DNA of 63,093 bases, taken from contig JAWBDT010000010.1 in the NCBI GenBank assembly GCA_038821645.1, positions 1 to 63,093 of the forward strand, read 5' to 3'. Below the pieces are notes generated by a model. The model was not told where the DNA came from, made no database searches, and worked only from the letters and a program-made list of their open reading frames with translations. This stretch comes from Ignisphaera sp. GTDB lineage: Archaea > Thermoproteota > Thermoprotei_A > Sulfolobales > Ignisphaeraceae. Position 1 is the stretch's first letter, and every line of letters starts with the position of its first letter. The translations under genes were made by a program, and so were the position numbers. Shown one piece after another: positions 40,489-50,503 of this stretch.

Positions 40489-41710
40489 AGTTATGTTACA
40501 GTTTCTTCTGGATATAGCCAAACTGTCATTAAAGGTTTTATCTGAAAGAAAACTTAGATCAACATTAACGATAATAGGTATAGCGATAGGTCCTTTAGCT
40601 CTTGTAATGATATCAAGTGTAATAGATGGATATAGCGATTATGTTATATCTCAGATAGAGCGCATAGGCCAGAATGCTATAGTCCTATTCCCTAATTCAG
40701 GGTATAGATTTACAGAAAGTGATTTGAATATAATTAGAAGCATCGATGGTGTGTCTCGAGCAGAACCATTCTATTCCATTCAAGCATATGCTCGAATAGG
40801 TGGAGAAGATAAACTTGTATTTGTTTATGCTCTTCCTATAGATATAATATTTGAAGCTTTTGGAGGGCTAGAAGTAGAGAAAGGATCTCTACCAACTGAT
40901 GCTGAATTCGTAAATGCTGCAGTAGGTTACAAAATTGCTTACAAAGATGGTGAAAATATTTATGATGTAGGTGATGTTATTCCAATAACATATCTAAGAG
41001 TTGAAGGGGGGAGAAACACTATTAGAAGAGCATATATCATGGTTTCAGCTGTATTGAAGGAATTTGGAGGTGCTTTTATACTTAGTCCAGATACAACAAT
41101 ATTTATGCCTCTTGAAGCCGGTAGAAGAGTATTTGGTTTAAATGATTGGTCTGGAATAATAATTTTAGCTAGAAGCAGTAGTGATGTCCCTGTAATTGTT
41201 AGAGAGCTACAGTCATTGTTTAGGAATTCTGCTGAAGTTATATCTTTCCAAGGTATAGCTAGTATCGTAAGTTCTATTACAGGTGCTATGAGCTTTATCT
41301 CTTTTGCATCTACTCTATCAGCATTTGCTGTAGCTGTAGCAGGAGTTTCTGCAACAATGATTACTTCAGTTGTAGAAAGAACAAGAGAAATAGGTGTGAT
41401 GAAGGCTATAGGTTTTACTGATTGGCAGGTTCTCATAATGATACTCATGGAGAGTATAGTTATGAGCTTGATAGGAGGATTTATAGGTATATCGATAGGT
41501 GTTATAGGAGGACACATCCTAGCTTCTGTAGGATTTGAGGTAAGAGCCTCACAACAAGCTCTCATGGTTATAAGAGCTTCTCCAAAATTTGCACCAAGTA
41601 GGATTCTCGTAACGATTGCTTTAACAATAGTTATAGGCATAGTTGGTGGCATATTTCCTGCATACAGAGCCTCAAAAATACCGCCAGCTGTTGCATTAAG
41701 ATATGAATAA
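40469..41710 (+). CDS. MacB/FtsX-type ABC permease
   Basis: RSTLTIIGIAIG, SV.ERTREIG.MKAIG, P.VALRYE. Confidence 0.95.
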   Translation: MKELRYKVMLQFLLDIAKLSLKVLSERKLRSTLTIIGIAIGPLALVMISSVIDGYSDYVISQIERIGQNAIVLFPNSGYRFTESDLNIIRSIDGVSRAEPFYSIQAYARIGGEDKLVFVYALPIDIIFEAFGGLEVEKGSLPTDAEFVNAAVGYKIAYKDGENIYDVGDVIPITYLRVEGGRNTIRRAYIMVSAVLKEFGGAFILSPDTTIFMPLEAGRRVFGLNDWSGIIILARSSSDVPVIVRELQSLFRNSAEVISFQGIASIVSSITGAMSFISFASTLSAFAVAVAGVSATMITSVVERTREIGVMKAIGFTDWQVLIMILMESIVMSLIGGFIGISIGVIGGHILASVGFEVRASQQALMVIRASPKFAPSRILVTIALTIVIGIVGGIFPAYRASKIPPAVALRYE

Positions 41711-41780
41711 ATAGATTGAATATACATATCCGAGTAGCTTATTTAGATAGTGTATTTTTAACCTTAGTTGGGTATAGATA

Positions 41781-43370
41781 TTGAGCTTCGATGAAGTAAA
41801 ACATGTCATCGATTATGTGTCTAGATTTTCTAGTATAGGAGAAGTTGTAGCAGGTAGCACAAGAGAATATCAACAAATAGAATTGATAAAGTCTGCTGTA
41901 GAGGATTATGTAGATGAAATTGTGATAGAACCTGTTGAAGTCTCTACTTGGGACGAGGAATTCTGTACTATATACCTAGATGGTGAAATTTTTCGTTGCT
42001 CTATCCATCCTCCATACGAAGGTTATATCGATATAAATACATCTAGAAACAACATCGTCTATATACATGATATAAGTTTATTAAATAACGCAAAGAGTAA
42101 TCTAGAAGAAAAGGTAGTGATTGTTAGTGATGTTGATGATCCAAACTATATAGCTGTCTATACACACATTCTTAAAGTATATAGACCTATGGCAATAATT
42201 TTTATAGATATCTATGAAGCTTTGCGACGAATAGTTGTACTAGACGATATTGTATCAAGTCAAAAACCCACTATACCCTCTAGAATACCTGTTATCCATA
42301 TCCCTAAGAATGTTGGTAAGAAGCTACTTAATTCAAGATATATACATATTGCTGCTAAATCTATACTAAAGTTTTCTTATGGATACAACGTTGTAGCAAA
42401 ACTAAATAACGCTTCAGACAAATACATATACATTACTTCACATCATGATCATTGGTTTAATGGTGTAACTGATGATTCTGTAGGTGTAGCTTTAATGCTC
42501 AATATATCTAGAAACCCAATGACTAGGAGAGGTTTAAGAGAGGGAATTACTCTAGCTTTCTTTACAGCTGAAGAAGGTTTTCCCTATCCTTTATCATCAT
42601 TCTACTGGTTGGTTGGTTCGAGAAAACATGTGGCTGGCAATGCTGATAGATTGTTAGAAGATGTATTATTTGTTTTAAATCTTGATGTTCTTTATAGAGG
42701 TAGATTAAGGTTCTCGACATCAAGTCTTGTTGCTAGAGGTTTTTTAGCAAACATAGGGATAGATATTGATAGTTTAGAGAACGATAGTATGTTCTTCGAT
42801 TCATTTTCTTTTACATCTCTAGGTATTCCAAGTATAACTATACATAGCTATAATGAAGTCTTACGTAGTGGTCTATACCATAGTACTCTAGATACAATAG
42901 ATATGATAGACATTGACTCCATTAGCTACACACTTAGTGTAATTTATAAACTGATTAGAAATTCGCATATGATTAAGAGTAATATTAAGAAGCTTTTAGA
43001 ACTAGGAGCAAAAACTATAGCTATGGAGTTGATGAAAACAATCAAACCTCTTGAAGTTATACTGAACTTGTACAGAGTACTTAGATTGTTTCTAGACTGT
43101 CTAGACAGTAATACTCTTGTCAATTATATGTATAGTTTCCATAGAATAATAACAACTACATATATTAGTAGAGATGTATATAAGGGATTAAAAATATATG
43201 AAGAAACTTCGTATATTGATTGTAGAGATGAATACATATATCTACCCATAGACCCTCTGTTCAATAATGCTGACGATTGTTATAGAAATATATTGTTTAA
43301 TTTAGAGTCATTAGCATATATACTACTTAAGTACTGTAAAGATATAGAGGTAGTACAACAAAATGAATAG
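41781..43370 (+). CDS. M28-family peptidase
   Basis: SHHDH, G.TDD..G, TAEE, NLD, YHS..D. Confidence 0.85.
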   Translation: MSFDEVKHVIDYVSRFSSIGEVVAGSTREYQQIELIKSAVEDYVDEIVIEPVEVSTWDEEFCTIYLDGEIFRCSIHPPYEGYIDINTSRNNIVYIHDISLLNNAKSNLEEKVVIVSDVDDPNYIAVYTHILKVYRPMAIIFIDIYEALRRIVVLDDIVSSQKPTIPSRIPVIHIPKNVGKKLLNSRYIHIAAKSILKFSYGYNVVAKLNNASDKYIYITSHHDHWFNGVTDDSVGVALMLNISRNPMTRRGLREGITLAFFTAEEGFPYPLSSFYWLVGSRKHVAGNADRLLEDVLFVLNLDVLYRGRLRFSTSSLVARGFLANIGIDIDSLENDSMFFDSFSFTSLGIPSITIHSYNEVLRSGLYHSTLDTIDMIDIDSISYTLSVIYKLIRNSHMIKSNIKKLLELGAKTIAMELMKTIKPLEVILNLYRVLRLFLDCLDSNTLVNYMYSFHRIITTTYISRDVYKGLKIYEETSYIDCRDEYIYLPIDPLFNNADDCYRNILFNLESLAYILLKYCKDIEVVQQNE

Positions 43371-44529
43371 TTATGGAAATACTGATCTATTACAGGTACC
43401 ATCTAAGATTCTAGCTGAACTTACGAAACCTTTTGTTGGTAGAGAAGAGGAGGCTAAGGTGATACTTTTAGCCCTATTGACAAAAGAGCATGCTGTGTTG
43501 ATAGGTGAACCAGGTACGGCCAAAAGCGCATTAATAAGAAGAACTGCAGCAATCCTTAATATGAAATGCTTTATCTATCTTTTAACACGGTTTACAGAAC
43601 CTGCAGAACTTTTTGGTCCACTAGATATAAATGCATTAAAGGAAGGTAAATATGTTAGGATAACGACAAACAAGTTACCAGAAGCCGAAATTGTTTTCTT
43701 AGACGAGATATTTAAAGCAAATTCAGCTATACTAAACACGCTTTTGACTATAATGAATGAAAGAGTGTTCTACGATGGATATACCGAGATGAAGGTTTCT
43801 CTATGGAGTCTGTTTGGCGCTAGTAATGAAGTTCCAGAAGATCCTGAACTTGAAGCTCTTTACGATAGATTTTTGCTGAGACACTATGTTAAACCTGTAT
43901 CTGATGATGCTTGGAAGGACTTACTTAGATATTCATGGAATATAGAGAAATATGGTTATACAAAACCTGAGATAAAAGTTGATAAAGATATTTTAGAAAA
44001 AATACATAAGACTATATTCGAGGTGGATCTTACACCTATAGAGAGTAAAGTGCTAAAGCTTTTCTCGATACTCGAATCAAAAAATATTCATCTAACTGAT
44101 AGAAGAAAAGGTAAGGTGCTAAAGGTTATAGCAGCTCACGCTGTACTTAATGGAAGATTTACTGCTATAGAAGAAGATCTATCTGTACTAAAATTTGTTG
44201 CTGCTCATGATATAGATGATTTTGAGCGTATAAACATAATTCTCTCTGAAGAACTTAAGACAGCTTACAGATACCTTAAGGAACTTGAAGAAATACATAG
44301 AAATGTAAAAGAGGTATACAACTATATATCTTCATTTCCTAGTGTAACATCTAGATTCGTTGAATATAGATTACTAGAGATATATCGAGATCTTGAATCA
44401 ACTAGAGATAGAGTTATATCTATAGTTAGAGAGACAAGTGACGAGAAAGTACATAAAAAGGCTACAGAAGTAGTAGAGTATCTAAATGAGGTGTTAAGTA
44501 AAATAAGACAGAAGATCGAGGGTAGGTAA
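43363..44529 (+). CDS. MoxR-family AAA+ ATPase (RavA-like)
   Basis: GEPGTAKS, FLDEIFKA, ASNE.P, ALYDRF. Confidence 0.93.
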   Translation: MNSYGNTDLLQVPSKILAELTKPFVGREEEAKVILLALLTKEHAVLIGEPGTAKSALIRRTAAILNMKCFIYLLTRFTEPAELFGPLDINALKEGKYVRITTNKLPEAEIVFLDEIFKANSAILNTLLTIMNERVFYDGYTEMKVSLWSLFGASNEVPEDPELEALYDRFLLRHYVKPVSDDAWKDLLRYSWNIEKYGYTKPEIKVDKDILEKIHKTIFEVDLTPIESKVLKLFSILESKNIHLTDRRKGKVLKVIAAHAVLNGRFTAIEEDLSVLKFVAAHDIDDFERINIILSEELKTAYRYLKELEEIHRNVKEVYNYISSFPSVTSRFVEYRLLEIYRDLESTRDRVISIVRETSDEKVHKKATEVVEYLNEVLSKIRQKIEGR

Positions 44530-45851
44530 TGCCAGGTTCTCTAAAGAATATAGATTATCAAGATCCATTCGTTAGGTATAGAGGTCAGAAAATACTTGAT
44601 AATTTAAAGAAGTTTAGTATGCATAATAATGTTCAACTAGAATTAGCTATAGACGTCTACTATTCACTCTATCTACCTTTTCCAATTCTTGAAGATCCTA
44701 ATAAAATTACTGTAGGTAATAGGAATATTTACGAAATTGTTAGAAATATCCTTGAAGACAATGAATTCAGAAGACTCAGATACTATACTATTGCTGATGC
44801 TTTTGCTTCTGTAGCTATAGGAACACTATTTTTACTGAATCTTCAGGAAGAACTTAAATCAGAAAACGAGCAGCAAAGTCACATGGGTAGAGGAAGAACA
44901 GGAACTAGAAACAAGGATACTGAAGTAGAAAATAATAGCGAAAGTATCGAGGATTCAAGAAGTAGTGATTTGAAGAACATGGTTAGAAATGCTATAAAGA
45001 AAACACTAGAACATTCAGAAACAATAAAAGAATTACAGCATTTTACCTATGGCTATAGAGCAGGTATAGGACACACACTTGATCTAGATGAAGATGTAAA
45101 TAAGGTCTTGAGATTGGTTAGGAATACTGATATAAAGAAGATATTGATGTTTTTATCAAAAATGCCTAACATAAATACTATAGTTAAGAAAAAGAAGATG
45201 AGTTATCAAAGAGGTGAAGTAGAGGGATATACAACGGGTTCAGATATAGAGAGAATTGTATCCACAGAGCTAGCTTATCCATCCATATACATATACATTA
45301 AGATAGCTGAAAACAAGCTACTTCTATACAATAAGGTTCTATACATGTCGCTAGGACCTATATATGTATTGATAGATAAGTCTGGAAGTATGGATGGAAA
45401 CAAAATCTTGTGGGCGAAAGCTACAGCTCTTGCATTATTAATGAGGAGCAGAATTGAAAAAAGAGCATTCTACATAAGGTTTTTTGATTCTGAGCCATAC
45501 AAGCTTATGAAGATTAAACCTAATGCTAAACCATCAGAAGTACTAAGAGTTGTTGAATATGTAGCTATGGTTAGAAACGGTGGAGGAACAGATATATCTA
45601 AGTCAATTATAACAGCTTGTAACGATATAATGAAGTTTCGATCTAGAGATTTTAGCGATATAATAATAATAACCGATGGAGAAGATAGAATAGCCAAAAG
45701 TTTAGTTAAAAAGTCTTTAGCTTATTCACGTTCTAGACTGATATCTGTTATGATTATGGGAGATAATAGCGATCTAAAAGAGATAAGCTATAAATATTTG
45801 AAAGTCGTAAAACTTTCTGAAAAAGAGATGCTTAATGTTATTGAAGCCTGA
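44529..45851 (+). CDS. VWA-domain protein (ViaA-like)
   Basis: MIDAS DKSGSM, GGGT, ITDG; follows the MoxR gene. Confidence 0.9.
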   Translation: MPGSLKNIDYQDPFVRYRGQKILDNLKKFSMHNNVQLELAIDVYYSLYLPFPILEDPNKITVGNRNIYEIVRNILEDNEFRRLRYYTIADAFASVAIGTLFLLNLQEELKSENEQQSHMGRGRTGTRNKDTEVENNSESIEDSRSSDLKNMVRNAIKKTLEHSETIKELQHFTYGYRAGIGHTLDLDEDVNKVLRLVRNTDIKKILMFLSKMPNINTIVKKKKMSYQRGEVEGYTTGSDIERIVSTELAYPSIYIYIKIAENKLLLYNKVLYMSLGPIYVLIDKSGSMDGNKILWAKATALALLMRSRIEKRAFYIRFFDSEPYKLMKIKPNAKPSEVLRVVEYVAMVRNGGGTDISKSIITACNDIMKFRSRDFSDIIIITDGEDRIAKSLVKKSLAYSRSRLISVMIMGDNSDLKEISYKYLKVVKLSEKEMLNVIEA

Positions 45852-45864
45852 TCATGATTTATTC

Positions 45865-47265
45865 CTAGCTACCTATCCTAAGTATCTCCACACGTTGCTT
45901 TGGCTCTCTCAAACCATAAGTAAGTACAGCTAGTTCTCCATAACTTACTAAACCGCTTTCTATAGCTTTTTCAAGCATTTTTTGCATTCCTTCTTCATAG
46001 CTTTCTGCTTCAACATGTAGTAGATTTAGTCCCCAGAGAATAGATAATTTCCTAAGTACATGTATATTTGGTGAAGCTACATATATAGGTACTCTAGGTC
46101 TTAGAGATGATATTCTTTTAGCTGTATTCCCATACATACTAAACACAAAAAGTTTTGCATCAATATCTTCTGCAAGCTCTAAAACACCTTTTGTAAATCT
46201 TAAGCGTAGGTCTTCAAGTCTTTCTCTAGCTCTTGAAGATACTTCATCAATTGATTTATGTATATGGCTTTCTACAAAATCTACTATCTTTTTCAACCAC
46301 TTTACAGCTTCTAGAGGATACTTTCCAGCTGATGTTTCACCTGTAAGCATTAAGGCATCTACACCCATCTCTATAGCTATACTTACATCAACAACCTCCG
46401 CTCTTGTGGGAACAGGATTCTCAATCATAGATTCTAGGAGTTGTGTAGCAACTATAACAGGTGTTCTCTTCTTTAAACATTTATCTACCACAAGTTTCTG
46501 TAGATGATGTATCTCTTCAAGACCAAAATTCATTCCTAGATCTCCACGAGCTACAAGAACTGCATCACTTACTTCAACTATATCGTCAAGATTCTTTACA
46601 GCACTTTTAGTCTCTATCTTAGCTATAATCCCTATATCACCTCTACCGTATCTTTTTAATATGTCTCTGACGTTCTCTACATCTTCTGCCTTCCTGACAT
46701 AACTTAAACCGATATAATCAACATCATTCTCTACAGCAAACTTTATACACATTAAATCTCTATCACTTAAGATAGGCATATCTATCTCTTTTGCTTGTAT
46801 TGTTAGTGTTTTTCTAGACTTTATCACCGATTCTGTAAGTGCTACAACATCTACATAATTAGAGCCTCTATCTACAACACGAAGCCTTGTTCTCCCATCA
46901 TCCATAATAATTATATCTCCAACTTCAATTATATCGAAAAATTTCTTAGCAACTATCGGTACAGTATTTGGGTTAGTAGTTGTAGAACCTAAGATAAAAC
47001 GTACAGTATCGCCTTTCTTCAAGACTATAGGGTTAGAAACTTCACCAATTCTAATTGAAGGTCCCTGTATATCGCCAATAATCGGTAAAGGCTTCCCTAA
47101 CTCAGCTTCAGCTTTCCTAACATACTCTATACGCATTTTCCATTCGTTTGGATCTCCATGAGCAAAATTTATCCTAAATCCATCTATACCGAACTCAACC
47201 ATAGATCTAATGATTTCGTAACTACTTGATGACGGTCCTAGAGATGCTATCTTTTTTACAAACAT
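45865..47265 (-). CDS. pyk: pyruvate kinase
   Basis: RINFAHG, AKIE, VARGDLG, ATQ.LESM, PTRAE. Confidence 0.97.
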   Translation of the reverse strand: MFVKKIASLGPSSSSYEIIRSMVEFGIDGFRINFAHGDPNEWKMRIEYVRKAEAELGKPLPIIGDIQGPSIRIGEVSNPIVLKKGDTVRFILGSTTTNPNTVPIVAKKFFDIIEVGDIIIMDDGRTRLRVVDRGSNYVDVVALTESVIKSRKTLTIQAKEIDMPILSDRDLMCIKFAVENDVDYIGLSYVRKAEDVENVRDILKRYGRGDIGIIAKIETKSAVKNLDDIVEVSDAVLVARGDLGMNFGLEEIHHLQKLVVDKCLKKRTPVIVATQLLESMIENPVPTRAEVVDVSIAIEMGVDALMLTGETSAGKYPLEAVKWLKKIVDFVESHIHKSIDEVSSRARERLEDLRLRFTKGVLELAEDIDAKLFVFSMYGNTAKRISSLRPRVPIYVASPNIHVLRKLSILWGLNLLHVEAESYEEGMQKMLEKAIESGLVSYGELAVLTYGLREPKQRVEILRIGS

Positions 47266-48423
47266 ATCTACAGACCTTGATATACTTTCGGTAAGACTAT
47301 GAAGAGTTAAAAATATTGATGCCCCACTAATATAATGTTCAAATATGGAATACAGTAAATCTATGTCAAGAAATAGATACTCTTTGGAATTAAGGGAATA
47401 GGTATAATTATATACCTATAGAGTTGATTACATCGTTTCTACATGTATTTAAGTCATTTTCTGAGAGCACAATAGGCTCTCTTTCTCTCCTCCATAGATA
47501 TACAACCTTACTGAGTTTATCTCTCAAGAATCTGTATTTGAATGCTATATTGATATCTGCCAATCTCGAGAATAACATGAATATATCGCTATTTGCTCTA
47601 ATAGACATTATTATGGTTAGTATTTTCTTGCTTTTCATATAGTTTACCATATTATAGATCGTGGACATGTGTTTAGGTTTGTATGCTAATGCAAATATAT
47701 CAAAAGCATGTAGTAGAACTATATCTGGTTTCACAAAGTTTACTACCTCTATTATCTGTGTCATGAGTTCTGTACTTGAGTATGCGAATGGATTATAGCT
47801 TCTAAATACGAAGTTGCTTTCTATAAATTTCTCTATCCTTATATCGCTGATACCGAAAGACTGAAGACTCTTAATTATTGTTTGCTTCATTGTTGCAGGC
47901 GATATCCTAAAACTTATTACGAGTGTTCTAGCCTTGTTTGCTAATGTAAATCCATAGATTTGGAGAAATATTTCTGGTGGACGAGCTATTGATGGATAAG
48001 ATATAAAGATTACATGACCTTTCTGGATATCACCTAGAGCATTTGCTAGATGTCTGCATGGTGGCTCTATTCTATCTCCTTCTGATGGAATATCCTCAAG
48101 AATTGGAGGTACATATACCTTGAGACCTTGTTTCTCTAGTATAGTAAAAGGTATTTCAGCAATTGTTATAGGTGATCCTCGAGCTTTTCTTATTTCAATT
48201 ATTCGAACAAGTCTACCATCTTCAACCCTATGTTTAAGAATAAAAACAGCATCAGTTACAAACTCTATAGAACCCAAATCAACTATTTCAGAACCGAAAG
48301 GCAGTTCTGCAACAAGCACTACAACACCATCTATTTGTTTTGCAAGTTCATAAAAATAGTTCTGTAACCATGCACACCTATTGCAACTGTTTTGGGTTTC
48401 ATGTAGGTTTGTATTAGGTGATG

Positions 48424-48567
48424 TTATTCTTCTGCTATGATTAGTACATAGACTTCTTTTCCGTGGAGATGCTTGATCTTTTCTTTGTCTTTGCCGAGTG
48501 GGTAGAGGACGTAGTCTCCTCTCCTATACTTTATGACGCTACATCTAACTATCTCAATTCTAGCCAT
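48424..48567 (-). CDS. 47-aa element-encoded small protein (not in ORF track)
   Basis: MARIEIVRCSVIKYRGEDYVLYPLGKDKEKIKHLHGKEVYVLIIAEE; GGTGGA ribosome-binding site; divergent from tnpB. Confidence 0.75.
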   Translation of the reverse strand: MARIEIVRCSVIKYRRGDYVLYPLGKDKEKIKHLHGKEVYVLIIAEE

Positions 48568-48630
48568 ATATATCCACCTATATAGATACTGGAGAGAAAA
48601 TATTATAAGCTCTACTCTATAGCTCTAGAT

Positions 48631-49869
48631 GTGGTGAACTACTCGATGAAGGGTGAAGAGCTTGTTGAGACTCTTAAGATGAAGGCTCTTCCCGAGGGTA
48701 GTGATGATTATGATGCATTAATCGAGTTTCTGAAGCTCTACCGTGATGCAGTTCAACTAGTAGTAAACAAGCTGTGGAATCTAGATAGGTTGCCTTCGAT
48801 AAGCACTCTACATAAAATGTTCTACGGTGAACTCAGGAAGCATGGTTTTAGAGCACATCACGTTAAGCAGATATATATCTACGCTAAAGCAGTTGTTAAA
48901 TCTAGTAAACAGAACAATGGTAGAAAACCAGTTCTAAGAAAACTATCAGCTAGAATAGATAGATACGACTACAGGCTAAACCTAGAGAATAGAACACTCA
49001 TTCTGAAATTACATGAAGACAAGGAGATCAAGCTAAAACTACTAACATCTACAGAGAGAATAAGGAAGTATGAGGATTGGAGCAACTACGAAATATCTGT
49101 AAAGGTTGTTGAAAATGGAATCTATGTATCAATATACTTCAGGAGAACGGTTGAACCAAGGAGAACCAGAACTGTTATGACCATAGACATGAACTTCGAC
49201 AACATTACACTAGCTGTATTCACATCTAGTGGAAGGATGGTCAAGCTTAAACGCTTTGAAACACCACTCAGAAGGATATTGACGCATAGGATATGGATTG
49301 AGAGGATTCAACAAAGATACTCTAGATCATGGAGATTCATCAGAGGTGTCAAGAAAGCTATTAGACGACATGGTGAGAAGATCAAGAACATAGCTTGGGA
49401 CTACGCTCACAGGATAGGTGATAGAGTAGCAGAGATAGCTGATGAACATGATTCAACCATAGTTCTCGAAAACCTAAACAAACTCAGGAGTAACATGAAT
49501 AGAGGTAGCAGTTTCAATAAGAAGTTATCCCTGTGGTTCTACAGGAGAACTCAGTTCACGATCAGCTACGAAGCCCTCGAGAGAGGATTAATGGTTAGCT
49601 ACGTTAACCCAAGCAAAACATCATCAACATGCCCGATATGTGGAAGCAGGTTAAAAGATAACGGCTGTAGAGTGCTGAGATGCGGTAGATGCGGTTTTAC
49701 AGGTGATAGAGATGTGGTTGCATGTATAAACCTGTTCTACAGATACACAAGATGTGGGGTGCTAGGGGTGCCCCCGAACGCCCCCAAGCCCGATGAGAAC
49801 CCGAGCGGAATGCAGAGGAAAAGAGATAAGGCGATGAAATCAACCAATATAAACCTATATCAGAGCTGA
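48631..49869 (+). CDS. tnpB: RNA-guided endonuclease TnpB family
   Basis: RuvC-I TIDMN, RuvC-II VLENL, TSSTCPICG..CGRCG zinc finger, RuvC-III DRD..A..N. Confidence 0.95.
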   Translation: MVNYSMKGEELVETLKMKALPEGSDDYDALIEFLKLYRDAVQLVVNKLWNLDRLPSISTLHKMFYGELRKHGFRAHHVKQIYIYAKAVVKSSKQNNGRKPVLRKLSARIDRYDYRLNLENRTLILKLHEDKEIKLKLLTSTERIRKYEDWSNYEISVKVVENGIYVSIYFRRTVEPRRTRTVMTIDMNFDNITLAVFTSSGRMVKLKRFETPLRRILTHRIWIERIQQRYSRSWRFIRGVKKAIRRHGEKIKNIAWDYAHRIGDRVAEIADEHDSTIVLENLNKLRSNMNRGSSFNKKLSLWFYRRTQFTISYEALERGLMVSYVNPSKTSSTCPICGSRLKDNGCRVLRCGRCGFTGDRDVVACINLFYRYTRCGVLGVPPNAPKPDENPSGMQRKRDKAMKSTNINLYQS

Positions 49870-49872
49870 ACC
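49750..49872 (+). ncRNA. putative TnpB omegaRNA scaffold
   Basis: GC-rich structured segment overlapping the tnpB 3' end (GGGGTG/CGCCCC stem); 5' boundary uncertain. Confidence 0.6.
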
Positions 49873-50503
49873 CCTACTTTCATCCGATGCTGATAGAAGG
49901 AATGTATTTATTGAATCAATTACTAATACTTTAGGTTTAAAACTTTCTACTATTCTATGTATTTCAGCAACAATATCATTAACGTTTAGAACTATGGGTA
50001 ATCTGGTGAATAATAAATTACCTGTCTTTTCGACTTTTTCAAAATATATTCCTAAATTCGTTAGATTCTTATATAGCTTTTCTTTATGTTCTTGAAAAGA
50101 TATATAGAGACATTTATTGTCATTTAATGCATTTTTATAGCAGATAGTTGAAGCTAGTATAGTTTTACCAGCTCCAGGATGACCTGCTACTACTATTGTT
50201 GATGGAGATGTTAATGTATTTCCAAAAAGCTTATCTAAGGCATCAATGCCGAAAATAATACCATTCAATTTTATCATGCTTGTGTTACCATCTGTAGTCT
50301 TATGATATATCCTGAAGTATATGTATATAAACCTTTCATAAATTTAATTACATTAATTGATTGATCTAAAACAAACATATTATTTATAGATTTAGATAAT
50401 ATTGATGGAGTATCAATTTTCTGATTAAGGTGATAACTTTAATAATTCTTTAGGCTAGTTCTATAAATGTATTTAAATCTACTAATATGCGTTATCCAGG
50501 GTT

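Larger units (their letters stand above)
48374..49872 (+). mobile_element. non-autonomous TnpB element (IS605/IS607-related), 1499 bp
   Basis: Boundaries set by in-frame restoration of the host gene (ambiguous by about 2 nt); no target duplication; no tnpA. Confidence 0.85.
47408..50277 (-). pseudogene. KaiC/RAD55-family ATPase interrupted by an insertion element
   Basis: 5' part 50277-49873 (GHPGAGKT, VIDS) and 3' part 48373-47408 rejoin in frame as ...DESR|AWLQNYFYELAK..., about 456 aa. Confidence 0.88.

Noticed and set aside
40960-41727. 255-aa minus-strand ORF
   Set aside because: Antisense shadow of the ABC permease
48374-49872. Self-splicing IStron explanation for the KaiC interruption
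   Set aside because: No group I intron core or BHB motif seen at the junctions; tnpB is antisense to the host gene
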